A stretch of 61,809 nt of DNA. It comes from Gammaproteobacteria bacterium (GTDB taxonomy: Bacteria > Pseudomonadota > Gammaproteobacteria > Steroidobacterales > UBA11654). Position numbers and translations under genes: made by a program. The notes below the pieces were generated by a model, which saw only the letters and a program-made list of their open reading frames with translations, did no database searches and had not been told where the DNA came from. This document shows, piece by piece, positions 20,695 to 30,296 of this stretch (position 1 is the first letter of the stretch; the number at the start of each line of letters is the position of its first letter). The stretch covers positions 1 through 61,809 of the forward strand of contig JAQWQE010000051.1 in assembly GCA_029244925.1 (NCBI GenBank), in the 5' to 3' direction.

Positions 20695-21459
20695 ATGTAT
20701 CATATATTTATATTAATAAATAAACTGATGAAAAGTCTTTCTTTATATATATTTGGCTCTTGGGCCTGGTTTGTCTTTACAATTATTACTTTAGGAATGA
20801 TTGTTTGCTTTCCATTTACTAGAAATTTTGAATCAACTAGAAATTTAGCTAAAAAATCTTGCACCTTGATTATTAAGTTATTAAAACTGAATCTAATTGT
20901 CGAAGGAGAAGAGCATTTATTAGATAGACCCACAATTGTTGTTGCCAATCATGCAAGTTATGCCGACCCTATGATTCTTGCAGCCGCATTGCCTTCTAAC
21001 TTTGCGTATGTTGCTAAAAAAGAGCTGGGCCATATTCCCTTTGCTGAATATGTGTTAAGTAAGTTGGGGACTCATTTAGTTGATCGGGTGAACCCTAGAA
21101 AAGGTGCCGAAGATTTCAAAAAAATTATGGCTAGTAATAAATTATCAGACTCAATTATTTTTTTTCCTGAAGCTACATTCCTTAAAGATGAAGGATTATT
21201 AAAATTTAAAAAAGGGGCTTTTTTAACCGCCATTAAGAATGATGTCCCTGTTATACCCATTACTATTTCAGGAAGTCGTGAATTTCTAAGATCGGAGAGT
21301 TGGCTTCCGAAAAAAGTTACTTTGGTGATTTCTATATCACCACCTATTGAAACAAAAGACAGAAATATTACTGCTGATGAGATTTCCATGCAATCAAGAG
21401 AAATGATACTAAGCAAACTGGATGAACCAGACTTAAATCATAAGTCTTTTAAAGGTTAA
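20695..21459 (+). CDS. Lysophospholipid acyltransferase (PlsC family)
   Basis: NHASYAD, VAKKEL, FFPEAT, FKKGAF; true start may be ATG 20728. Confidence 0.87.
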   Translation: MYHIFILINKLMKSLSLYIFGSWAWFVFTIITLGMIVCFPFTRNFESTRNLAKKSCTLIIKLLKLNLIVEGEEHLLDRPTIVVANHASYADPMILAAALPSNFAYVAKKELGHIPFAEYVLSKLGTHLVDRVNPRKGAEDFKKIMASNKLSDSIIFFPEATFLKDEGLLKFKKGAFLTAIKNDVPVIPITISGSREFLRSESWLPKKVTLVISISPPIETKDRNITADEISMQSREMILSKLDEPDLNHKSFKG

Positions 21460-22757
21460 TCGGATACCTCCACCCTATCTGATACATAATCCAGCCAAGC
21501 CTCTGCATTTCTTTTATTTGTATCCGTTCCAAGCTCAACAGCTTTAGTAAAAGACTCTACAGCCTCTTGATACTCATTTAATTCTGTATGCGCCATGCCT
21601 CTTAAAATATAAACATCCCCAATATTCTCAAGATTAAGATCTTTCAATGCTTGGGTTGTTGCCAACTTTATTCCATCCCAATCACCTTTCTCATTTAAAA
21701 GCATAGCTTTCTGAATATAAAGCTTGCCCTCATTAGTCAGTGAAGCCAAAACATCTATCACAGAAATTGCTTGATCAAATTCTCTAGCAGCTGTCCAAGC
21801 TCCTAAAAGTAACCTGAGATTATCCTCATCTGTATCGATTAAACCGGTATTCATATTTTTTTCGATTATTACAGCCGCCTGATAAGGTATTTCAAGATAC
21901 AAACTTAATCTTGCAAGATTCTCTATGGATTCTTTTTTGCTTAATGCATCATTTTTATAACCCAAACTTAAGGCCGCCAATGCATCAGTGTCTTTTTGCA
22001 TTTCCATATAAGCTCCAGCCATTGTTTCCCAATATTTCTCTTTTTCTGGCCAATACGTTGAGAGTGACTTTACAACATTGATGGCCTCTTCAAATCGTTG
22101 ATTTAAAAATAAAATAGCCACTTCAAGTTGCAACCAACTTTCTTTAGGTTTTAAGGATTTTTTATTCGCTATATGAATATAAGGAAGCGCTTCTAATGGT
22201 TCGCCTTTTTGAAAATAGGCTATGCCCATCATTATATATGATTCAGCTGCTGGATCAGCTTCATGCTTATAAAACCTCATCAGAGAATCAACAGCTAAAT
22301 CCCATTTTTCTTGTGAGCCGTAAAGGCTGGCAAGGTTAAAAACTGTACTTTGTTGCTGAGAAGAAGAAAGCCTATTTAGGTCCACACATTTTTTAAATGC
22401 ATCAATCGCAGCATCAGTATCATTTCTATTAACATGCACAAAGCCCATAAACTGATAAATAACAGCCTTCTCATAGACTGATAAATTCCAATCCAACATA
22501 ATTTCTAAATTTTTCAAAGCACCATCGTAATCTGAATCTCCGAAACGATCTGCTACACCTTCCAATTTATAATTAACATTACGGGACATCTGCTGCCCTG
22601 AATCAGGTCTTACAGAGACCACTCTGTCTTCCCTAAGGGGATGGTATAGCTCCAATTCTTGGGAAAGTAAATCAACTGAGAAAAAAGAAAGTAAAATAAA
22701 TAAAAATAATGCTGTCCTATTTCCAGGTAGTGAAATCACTTTATGTAACCTATGCAT
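21456..22757 (-). CDS. Exported TPR protein of TonB system (TtpD-like)
   Basis: Signal-like N-terminus, many TPR helices, LARLSLYLEIPYQAA, AEAWLDY end; directly after tonB. Confidence 0.78.
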   Translation of the reverse strand: MHRLHKVISLPGNRTALFLFILLSFFSVDLLSQELELYHPLREDRVVSVRPDSGQQMSRNVNYKLEGVADRFGDSDYDGALKNLEIMLDWNLSVYEKAVIYQFMGFVHVNRNDTDAAIDAFKKCVDLNRLSSSQQQSTVFNLASLYGSQEKWDLAVDSLMRFYKHEADPAAESYIMMGIAYFQKGEPLEALPYIHIANKKSLKPKESWLQLEVAILFLNQRFEEAINVVKSLSTYWPEKEKYWETMAGAYMEMQKDTDALAALSLGYKNDALSKKESIENLARLSLYLEIPYQAAVIIEKNMNTGLIDTDEDNLRLLLGAWTAAREFDQAISVIDVLASLTNEGKLYIQKAMLLNEKGDWDGIKLATTQALKDLNLENIGDVYILRGMAHTELNEYQEAVESFTKAVELGTDTNKRNAEAWLDYVSDRVEVSD

Positions 22758-23403
22758 TGATTTTAAATTCGAGAGTTTGAACGGCTTTTCTTTCAACAGG
22801 AACGCCATTAATAATTCTAGGCTTAAATTTCCATTTCAGTACCGCTCTAATAACATTCCTATCAAACATTCTTTTAGGTACAGATTCAATAATTGAGGCA
22901 CCTCTTACACTTCCATCAGAAGCAATAGTAACCTCAACAACAACATATCCCTCAATACCCTTAGCTAAAGCCTCTCTTGGCCACTGAGGATCAATTCTTA
23001 CGATTGGAAGTACATCGCCTTCAGCTAATGGATTGCCCTGCCAGTTGCCTAAAAAAGGTCCCCCTCCAGCAATGGTTGGTAAATCTATATTAGGAATCTC
23101 TATTTTAATTTTATTAACAGTTGGTTTTGCTTGTTTTTCAACAATCAGCTTGGGCGGTGGTGGTGGCTCTTTTGGCGGTGTAGGTTTTTTTGGTTTTACT
23201 CTATCTTTAAAACTTAGATTTTCATCGTCTTTAATTCTAATGAATTCCATGATTTGTCCTTCATTAGAAGCTCTGTAATCTTGTTCTCCAGAATCAATTA
23301 AAGCTTGCATCAAAAAAAATAGAGATAAAGAGATAATAACACCTAATATCATTGCAGATAGATATCTCATTTCAGGCTTAAACGTTAATGAAAGTGTATT
23401 CAT
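22750..23403 (-). CDS. tonB: Energy transducer TonB
   Basis: TM anchor, KPKKPTPPKEPPPPP spacer, PQWPREA..GIEGYV..WKFKP C-domain. Confidence 0.93.
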   Translation of the reverse strand: MNTLSLTFKPEMRYLSAMILGVIISLSLFFLMQALIDSGEQDYRASNEGQIMEFIRIKDDENLSFKDRVKPKKPTPPKEPPPPPKLIVEKQAKPTVNKIKIEIPNIDLPTIAGGGPFLGNWQGNPLAEGDVLPIVRIDPQWPREALAKGIEGYVVVEVTIASDGSVRGASIIESVPKRMFDRNVIRAVLKWKFKPRIINGVPVERKAVQTLEFKINA

Positions 23404-23408
23404 GAATT

Positions 23409-23810
23409 CTATTTTTCCTGTGCAGAAATAGAAACCTTAGCTATTCCGCTTAATCTTATCTGGTCCATAATGTCTATAACTATGCCTGTAGAAGCTAGTT
23501 CATCAGCAACAATTACAACACTGCTTTCAGGATTTTCTGCGTGAGCGGCTTCCATAAGAATTCTTACTGTTTGCAATTCAATAGGATTCTTATTCATCCA
23601 AATTTGATCATTAGGTGATATGGCTATAAGAATATTCCCTAATTCTGATCTGGAAGCGGTTTCAGCTTCTGGTCTATTGGGATCTATTCCTGTTTCTTTA
23701 ATAAAAGAAGTAGTTACAATAAAAAAGATTAGCATAATAAACACTATATCCATCATAGGTGTAATGTTTATTTCGCTATCCTCTTCTTCTCTTTTTCTTC
23801 TTCTTAACAT
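23409..23810 (-). CDS. exbD: ExbD (copy 2)
   Basis: INITPMMDIVFIMLIFFIVT. Confidence 0.92.
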   Translation of the reverse strand: MLRRRKREEEDSEINITPMMDIVFIMLIFFIVTTSFIKETGIDPNRPEAETASRSELGNILIAISPNDQIWMNKNPIELQTVRILMEAAHAENPESSVVIVADELASTGIVIDIMDQIRLSGIAKVSISAQEK

Positions 23811-23813
23811 GAT

Positions 23814-24215
23814 TTATTTTTGTGCTGCTAGTGAAACATTCGAAGCACCTGCTAACCTAGATTGGTCGATTACTTTAACTAAAAAACCAGCATCGGCATC
23901 TCTATCAGAAACAACCACTACAGAAGCTTGAGGTTTAAGTGCTAGATTTGTCTCAATATTTGCTCTCACTGCATCCAAGTTAACCAAACGATCTTGAACA
24001 AAAACTTCGCCTTCAGCTGATATACGAACAGAAATGACATCTGATTTCTTTTGTTCCTTAATTGGAGATTTGGTTGGTCTATTAACATCAATAGAAATTT
24101 CTTTAACAAAAGAGGTGGTAACTATAAAAAAAATGAGCATGATAAACACAATATCCAACATAGGAGTTATATTGATCTCACTTTCATCGGATTTCTTTTT
24201 GAATCGTCTTCTCAT
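23814..24215 (-). CDS. exbD: ExbD (copy 1)
   Basis: INITPMLDIVFIMLIFFIVT. Confidence 0.92.
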   Translation of the reverse strand: MRRRFKKKSDESEINITPMLDIVFIMLIFFIVTTSFVKEISIDVNRPTKSPIKEQKKSDVISVRISAEGEVFVQDRLVNLDAVRANIETNLALKPQASVVVVSDRDADAGFLVKVIDQSRLAGASNVSLAAQK

Positions 24216-24220
24216 ATTTT

Positions 24221-24841
24221 CTATTCCATCATTAAATGATCAGCCACTTTGTCGATCTCATCATCAGCTTTTCTTTTTAGTATATTAGCGATATATAAGC
24301 CCGATATAGCTGCCACCAAACCTGCCATAGTTGGAATCGTTGCCTGTGATACACCACTTGCCATTAATCTGGCATTTCCTGTACCAAAAAATGTCATCAC
24401 ATCAAACACTTTTATCATTCCTACAACGGTTCCAAGCAAGCCAAGTAAGGGTAGGATCTGCATCATTGTTTCAATAGTCAGGATGAATCTTTTTGAATTT
24501 ATTGATAATTCAGAAATCATTTGGTCTCTAATTTTTTTTGAGTACCAATCAATCGCTGGATTCATTTTATTCCATTCATCAGTAGTATTTTTTATACTCG
24601 AAGGTAGAACATAATAAAAAAACCAAAAACGTTCTATGATTAATGTCCACATGATTATAGTCACTAACAAAATACCCCATAAAACAGGTCCACCTGCTTC
24701 AAAAAAAGTTCTGATATCATCAAAAACAGAAATAAATATAATTAGGAGTAGAGCACTGATAAAAAATAATAAAAACCAGACCTCTTTACCTTTAAGGTAT
24801 TGCTGTGTTTTATATATCAGGGGATGTTTCATCAAACTCAT
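24221..24841 (-). CDS. exbB: ExbB/TolQ/MotA proton channel, short
   Basis: PLLGLLGTVVGMI, GVSQATIPTMAGL. Confidence 0.9.
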   Translation of the reverse strand: MSLMKHPLIYKTQQYLKGKEVWFLLFFISALLLIIFISVFDDIRTFFEAGGPVLWGILLVTIIMWTLIIERFWFFYYVLPSSIKNTTDEWNKMNPAIDWYSKKIRDQMISELSINSKRFILTIETMMQILPLLGLLGTVVGMIKVFDVMTFFGTGNARLMASGVSQATIPTMAGLVAAISGLYIANILKRKADDEIDKVADHLMME

Positions 24842-24850
24842 GATATGAAA

Positions 24851-26248
24851 TTACTTTTTAGTAGCATTTCTCGCGATTAAACCAGCGCTTTGTTCCTCAA
24901 GAATTTCGATCAAAGAGCCACTCCAACTCGTTAAAATGCTATGAAGAAAGACTAAGGGTATTGCAACTATCAACCCAAGCATTGTTGTGACTAAAGCTTG
25001 AGATATTCCACCAGCCATTAATTTGGGGTCTCCAGTACCAAAAAGTGTCAGCGCTTGGAAGGTTAAAATCATTCCTGTTACAGTACCTAATAAACCTAAC
25101 AAGGGAGCAACTGCAGCAAAAACTTTAATAATACTATGATACTTTTCTAACTTAGGAACCTCTTTCAATATCGCTTCGTCTACTTTCAATTCAAGTGATT
25201 CAATATTAATACCTTCATTCTTATCGTAAACAGATAAAATTCTTCCCAAAGCATTGTCTTGAGAAATACTCTCATTTGAAAGCTGGCGATCTATTGCCTC
25301 ACCTTCTTGTTTAAGAATCTTAAATCGCCAAACAGATAATGCTAAACCTATAAGCCCAATTAAAATAATAAAATATCCAACCGGTCCACCTGAACTAATT
25401 CTCTCACTAAGTCCCGGTGCCTGAATTAATAATCCAAGGATTTGCCCTCGACTAGGGTCAACAGCCATTGTTACAAAGCCCTCATCTGCATCAAATAAAT
25501 CATCTGCCATAGATCTGTATCTTCTTGCAGGTTGCCTAGCTAGAACTTGTAAGGTTTGTGTTTCTGGTACAAATTTCAAAAAGAAATCTTCAGTAATAGC
25601 ATTGAAGACTCCCACTCTAACAATTTCAGCATCAGATATAGATCCTCCAGGTAGGACAACTTGGCCATCAAAACGATCAACTCTTCCTGATTGAGTCATT
25701 TCTTCAAGCATAGACACGATTAAGGTCTTCATTTGATCAATTGAAGGTAATCCTTTATTTTCAACCAATTGTGTCAGAGATTCTTCTCGCTTAGGGAACT
25801 GGAGTGAGACTATTGAATTCTTAACTGTGGCTATAACTTCACCAGTAACTTGCCTAAAGACTCCAAAAAGCTCACCAAAGTTTCCAATACGAATTCTGAG
25901 TGTATCTCCAATTTCTTCAAGAGTTTTTTCATTATCTTCAAATTCTTTTTGCAACCTTACACTTCGATCTTCTTGATCTTGAAGTCTTTTCTTAGCATCT
26001 TTAAGTAGTGATTCTTGTTGATCTCTTGCCTCAATAAATTTTCTTTCTCTTTCGGTGTTTTCAATGCTGGTTTGAATACTATTGTTACGAGTTATTTCAA
26101 GCAATTTCTGCATTGTTTCAATGTTTCTCAGTTTCTCCAAAATGATAGGATCAATAACAACTTCCTTTTCCTCTTGAGCCACCAATTGCATATTAAAAGC
26201 CATCAAGACTACTAAAATAGATACATATTTTATTTTAAAGATTTTCAT
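24851..26248 (-). CDS. Large ExbB-family protein with periplasmic N-domain (TtpC-like)
   Basis: Signal peptide, coiled coil, GELFGVFRQ, VRVGVFN, DPSRG, then APLLGLLGTVTGMI..GGISQALVTT. Confidence 0.87.
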   Translation of the reverse strand: MKIFKIKYVSILVVLMAFNMQLVAQEEKEVVIDPIILEKLRNIETMQKLLEITRNNSIQTSIENTERERKFIEARDQQESLLKDAKKRLQDQEDRSVRLQKEFEDNEKTLEEIGDTLRIRIGNFGELFGVFRQVTGEVIATVKNSIVSLQFPKREESLTQLVENKGLPSIDQMKTLIVSMLEEMTQSGRVDRFDGQVVLPGGSISDAEIVRVGVFNAITEDFFLKFVPETQTLQVLARQPARRYRSMADDLFDADEGFVTMAVDPSRGQILGLLIQAPGLSERISSGGPVGYFIILIGLIGLALSVWRFKILKQEGEAIDRQLSNESISQDNALGRILSVYDKNEGINIESLELKVDEAILKEVPKLEKYHSIIKVFAAVAPLLGLLGTVTGMILTFQALTLFGTGDPKLMAGGISQALVTTMLGLIVAIPLVFLHSILTSWSGSLIEILEEQSAGLIARNATKK

Positions 26249-27069
26249 CTAACTACACCAGGAGCTTCAATAGGAAGTTCGATAAGATCAGGAGTCACTT
26301 GTTTTTTTGCAATTTTTAAGCCTTGCTTAACATAATCTGTATATTTTCTAGGAAGATCTTCCCATTCTTGTAACTCTTTATTCCAAAACCCAGTTTCTTC
26401 TTGATCTGGTGTTTGATAGGTAAGTGAAGTCCTACCTATTCTCAAGAAATCCACTTGTCTATTCTCGCCATCAATTTCAAGAAATCCAATATAGGCTTCA
26501 ATATCAGATCCATAACTAGTCTCAATCTGATAAGCATCCATGATTTGTCTGTATTTTTCAGAAACTGTGATATCAGACTGATCCATAATAATTCTCAGTC
26601 TAGCAATTCTTTGCTTTCTTTCATCTAATAGAAATGGAATATCCAGATCGATAAACTTATCAAGAGTATCAATACTCTCCAACATTAAGGGGACAATGCC
26701 TCTTTCTATAATTGCAAAATCAATCAATTGTTGATTAATGTCTTTGATTTGAAATTCCTGATCTGTAATCAATCTTTCAACGTATTCATTGTATGCAATA
26801 AGTCGATCAATCTGTTGCAAGACCAACCGATACTCGCCTAGCAATTCTTGTGTTTGATTAGATAGATTAGAAATCTTAACTTGTGATTGTTGTGAATCTT
26901 GTGATGTAGTGCTTTGAACTACAAGACTATCGCCCAATATATCAATTGGATTAGGCAATATTATTTCTTCTTGATTGTCAGACTGAGAATACGATGTAGC
27001 TCCTATAAAAAGGACTACAGTGGCTATAAGATATACATAGCTTTTCTTTTTTATTTTTTCAAGCATCAC
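26245..27069 (-). CDS. DUF3450 family protein (TtpB-like)
   Basis: Signal peptide, coiled coil, DIPFLLDER, EKYRQIMDAYQIE, VDFLRIGR; first gene of the TonB cluster. Confidence 0.83.
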   Translation of the reverse strand: MMLEKIKKKSYVYLIATVVLFIGATSYSQSDNQEEIILPNPIDILGDSLVVQSTTSQDSQQSQVKISNLSNQTQELLGEYRLVLQQIDRLIAYNEYVERLITDQEFQIKDINQQLIDFAIIERGIVPLMLESIDTLDKFIDLDIPFLLDERKQRIARLRIIMDQSDITVSEKYRQIMDAYQIETSYGSDIEAYIGFLEIDGENRQVDFLRIGRTSLTYQTPDQEETGFWNKELQEWEDLPRKYTDYVKQGLKIAKKQVTPDLIELPIEAPGVVR

Positions 27070-27102
27070 AATATTTTCAACCCAAAGAGTTAATCTTATT
27101 AA

Positions 27103-27192
27103 TCACAAGAGCACTCCACTAGTGCAACTTATCAGAAAGAAGGCACCAATTAAAGTTTCTAGGGAAGACTGTATATGATTATTTGCATCCAT
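27103..27192 (-). CDS. Possible 29-aa small protein or leader ORF
   Basis: MDANNHIQSSLETLIGAFFLISCTSGVLL*, with SD-like GGTGA upstream; fills most of the ETF-QO/DUF3450 gap. Confidence 0.3.
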   Translation of the reverse strand: MDANNHIQSSLETLIGAFFLISCTSGVLL

Positions 27193-27207
27193 TAAATCAC
27201 CAATAAA

Positions 27208-28848
27208 CTACATATTACTGTAGTTTGGACCTCCCCCACCCTCTGGTGTTATCCAGTCTATATTTTGACTCGGGTCTTTGATATCACAAGTCTTACAATG
27301 CACACAATTCTGAGCATTAATCTGGAATAATTTTTCACCTTCTTTTTCAACAATCTCATAAACACCAGCAGGGCAATATCGTTGTGCGGGCTCATCATAA
27401 AGTGGAAGATTTTTCTTTATAGGAATGGAAGCATCTTTTAATATTAAGTGGCAAGGCTGATCTTCCTCATGATTCGTACTTGATAAGAATACTGATGATA
27501 ATTTATCAAAAGATAATACTCCATCTGGCTTTCTGTAATCTATTCTTGACATTGTATCTGCATTCTTTAGACATGCATGATCAGGTGTCATATGATGCAA
27601 GGTAAATGGAAGCCTACCTCTGAATATCAGTTGATCTATGCCAGCAAATAAGACACCAATTTTAGTTCCAAATTGATGTATTAAGGGTAAAAAATTTCTG
27701 GCTTTAAAAAGCTCTTTTTCCACCCAAGAGGACTTAAATTGTTTCTCATAGTCTTCTAAGTCTTTCATTGGTGATTCTTTCGTAATCTCTTGAAAAATAC
27801 TTTCAGCGGCTATCATTCCTGATTTCATAGCTGTATGAGTGCCTTTGATTCTAGGAAAATTAAGTGTACCAGCATTATCGCCTACGATTAAGCCTCCTGG
27901 AAAGCTCATCTTAGGTCTTGACTGATGACCGCCTTTTATTAAGGCTCTTGCACCATAAGATACTCTTGCCCCCCCTTCCAAGTAAGTCTTGATTGATTGT
28001 TGATGCTTCCATTGCTGAAACTCTTCATAAGGACTAATGTGAGGATTTTCATAGTCGAGAGGTACAATATACCCTATGAAAACTTGGTTGTTCTCAGCAT
28101 GATAAAAATAAGAGCCTGACAAGGTATCACTTTGAGCTGGCCAACCCATCGTATGCATAACTAAACCTTCTTGATGCAATGATGGATCAATATCCCATAC
28201 TTCTTTGAATCCAATGCCATAGTGTTGGGGATCTGAATCTTGGTCTAAGTTAAACTTTTGAATAAGTTGCTTCCCTAAATGCCCGCGACAACCCTCCGAC
28301 AGAATAGTATAAGTGGCTTTTAAATCAATGCCTGGCTCATAACTGTCTTTATTAACTTTATTCTTATCAATTCCCATATCACCAGTGGTTACCCCTATAA
28401 CAATATCATTCTCATAGATAATTTCTGACGCTGTAAACCCAGTAAAAATATCGACTCCCAGGCCTTCAGCATATTCTCCTAGCCATCGGCATAGGTTACC
28501 CAAACTAATAATATAATTTCCATGATTATTAAATGTAGGAGCTAATAGAAGTGGGACTGAAATGGATGATTTTTCATTAAGAAAATATCTCACTTCATCT
28601 TTTACAACGGATGTCTTTATTGGGGTATCTTGTTCTTTCCAATCTGGTATCAATTCATTTAATGCCTTAGGATCAAATACATTTCCTGAAAGTATGTGAG
28701 CCCCAACCTCAGAACCTTTCTCTATCACACAAATATTAAGTTCTTTTGATTGATTGTTGGCTAACTGTTTCAATCGAATGGCTGCAGAGAGTCCTGAAGG
28801 ACCAGCACCAACAATAACTACATCGTATTCCATCGATTCACGTTCCAC
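27208..28848 (-). CDS. Electron transfer flavoprotein-ubiquinone oxidoreductase
   Basis: DVVIVGAGPSG, EKGSEVGAHILSG, RYCPAGVYE, NCVHCKTCDIKDP, PEGGGGPNY. Confidence 0.96.
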   Translation of the reverse strand: MERESMEYDVVIVGAGPSGLSAAIRLKQLANNQSKELNICVIEKGSEVGAHILSGNVFDPKALNELIPDWKEQDTPIKTSVVKDEVRYFLNEKSSISVPLLLAPTFNNHGNYIISLGNLCRWLGEYAEGLGVDIFTGFTASEIIYENDIVIGVTTGDMGIDKNKVNKDSYEPGIDLKATYTILSEGCRGHLGKQLIQKFNLDQDSDPQHYGIGFKEVWDIDPSLHQEGLVMHTMGWPAQSDTLSGSYFYHAENNQVFIGYIVPLDYENPHISPYEEFQQWKHQQSIKTYLEGGARVSYGARALIKGGHQSRPKMSFPGGLIVGDNAGTLNFPRIKGTHTAMKSGMIAAESIFQEITKESPMKDLEDYEKQFKSSWVEKELFKARNFLPLIHQFGTKIGVLFAGIDQLIFRGRLPFTLHHMTPDHACLKNADTMSRIDYRKPDGVLSFDKLSSVFLSSTNHEEDQPCHLILKDASIPIKKNLPLYDEPAQRYCPAGVYEIVEKEGEKLFQINAQNCVHCKTCDIKDPSQNIDWITPEGGGGPNYSNM

Positions 28849-28868
28849 TCAAAGCTCCTAAAATAATT

Positions 28869-28894
28869 GGTAATATTGCAGTATGAATATTACC
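28869..28894. promoter_or_regulatory. Perfect 9-bp inverted repeat (operator or leader hairpin)
   Basis: GGTAATATT-GCAGTATG-AATATTACC, 20 nt upstream of the ETF-QO start. Confidence 0.4.
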
Positions 28895-29034
28895 GTATTA
28901 CGATTATAAATACTATTTAGTGAGGGATTATAAGCTATTTTTATAGTTCCAAATGAAAGATTAATTACATACAAAACCATATAACCTATAATGCTATGAG
29001 TATTTTTATAAAATAAAAAAATATAGGTTCATTT

Positions 29035-29781
29035 ATGGCTGGAAAACTCATACTCTGTAGGCATGGTCAAAGCGAATGGAATTTATCAAATCGCTTCACT
29101 GGCTGGGAAGATGTAGACTTAACTGAGAAAGGTGAAAAAGAAGCAAAGGATGCAGGTCTTAACCTAGCTAAAGAGAATATTTCATTTGATGTTGCATATA
29201 CATCGCTTTTAAAAAGAGCTACAAGGACTCTATTTATAATTCTTGAAGAAATGAATCTTACATGGATTCCTGTTACCAATGCATGGGAATTGAATGAGAG
29301 ACATTATGGTGCCCTACAAGGTCTTAATAAATCTGAAGTCGCAAAAGAATATGGAGAAGATCAAGTACAGATTTGGCGAAGAAGTTATGACATCCCTCCT
29401 CCTATGATTGAAGATGATGACCCAAATCACCCTCGTTTGGATAACAAATACCATGGAATAGATAATGTGCCATGCGGTGAAAGCTTAAAAGACACGCTCA
29501 GTCGAGTTCGACCTTATTGGCAAGACATTATTGTACCCTCTCTACTAGGGAATCAAGACACACTCGTTGTAGCTCATGGTAATAGTTTGAGATCTTTAAT
29601 TAAAATGATTGATGACATTAATAATGAAGATATTGTCGAGTTGAATATTCCAACAGGAATACCATTGTTATATGAATTTAATGAAAATCTAAAGCCAGTA
29701 TCAAAAAGATTCATTGGGAATCAAGAAATAATCGAAAAAGCTACTAAAATGGTTGCCAATCAAGGAATGGTTAAAGAATGA
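29035..29781 (+). CDS. gpmA: 2,3-BPG-dependent phosphoglycerate mutase
   Basis: RHGQSEWN..RFTGW, LNERHYGALQG, WRRSYD, AHGNSLR. Confidence 0.96.
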   Translation: MAGKLILCRHGQSEWNLSNRFTGWEDVDLTEKGEKEAKDAGLNLAKENISFDVAYTSLLKRATRTLFIILEEMNLTWIPVTNAWELNERHYGALQGLNKSEVAKEYGEDQVQIWRRSYDIPPPMIEDDDPNHPRLDNKYHGIDNVPCGESLKDTLSRVRPYWQDIIVPSLLGNQDTLVVAHGNSLRSLIKMIDDINNEDIVELNIPTGIPLLYEFNENLKPVSKRFIGNQEIIEKATKMVANQGMVKE

Positions 29782-30296
29782 TTTATAGTATTGATAAAAA
29801 TACACCAAAATATGATGCCTCAAATTTTATAGCTGAGAATGCAACAATCATTGGTAAAGTAAATCTAAATAGTGATGTCAGCATATGGTTCAATGTGGTT
29901 ATACGTGGCGATAATGACCCTATTAATGTTGATCAAGGAACTAATATACAAGATGGGTCTATATTGCATACTGATATTGGAGCTCCATTAACTATAGGGA
30001 AAAATGTAACTATAGGGCACAAAGTAATGTTGCATGGATGCAGTATTTCAGATAATTGTCTAATAGGAATTAATAGCACTATCCTAAATCATGCAAAGAT
30101 TGGGAAAAATTCAATTGTTGGTGCCAATTCTTTGATTACTGAGAATAAAAGCTTTCCAGAAAATTCACTGATTATGGGATCGCCTGCTAAAGTTATAAGA
30201 GCTTTGGATAAAAAAGAAATTAAAATGATTCAGTATTCTGCTGAACATTATGTGGAGAATGGAAAACGATTTATCAAATCCCTCAAGTCCGTCTAA
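29778..30296 (+). CDS. Gamma carbonic anhydrase family protein
   Basis: Hexapeptide repeats, IRGD, TNIQDG, LHTD, GHKVMLHGC. Confidence 0.92.
   Translation: MIYSIDKNTPKYDASNFIAENATIIGKVNLNSDVSIWFNVVIRGDNDPINVDQGTNIQDGSILHTDIGAPLTIGKNVTIGHKVMLHGCSISDNCLIGINSTILNHAKIGKNSIVGANSLITENKSFPENSLIMGSPAKVIRALDKKEIKMIQYSAEHYVENGKRFIKSLKSV

Noticed and set aside
21160-21180. FPEAT instead of FPEGT in the acyltransferase
   Set aside because: Single conservative change with the HxxxxD motif intact; no evidence of altered function.
23140-23200. Low-complexity GGT/TTT repeats
   Set aside because: They encode the normal Pro/Lys spacer of TonB.
23409-24215. Near-repeat DNA as a possible repeat element or assembly error
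   Set aside because: Similarity is limited to the conserved TM segment of two diverged exbD paralogues.
28983-29029. AACCTATA...TATAGGTT inverted repeat over the gpmA SD
   Set aside because: The 5' arm overlaps the likely TATAAT -10 and would not be transcribed; AT-rich chance match is likely.
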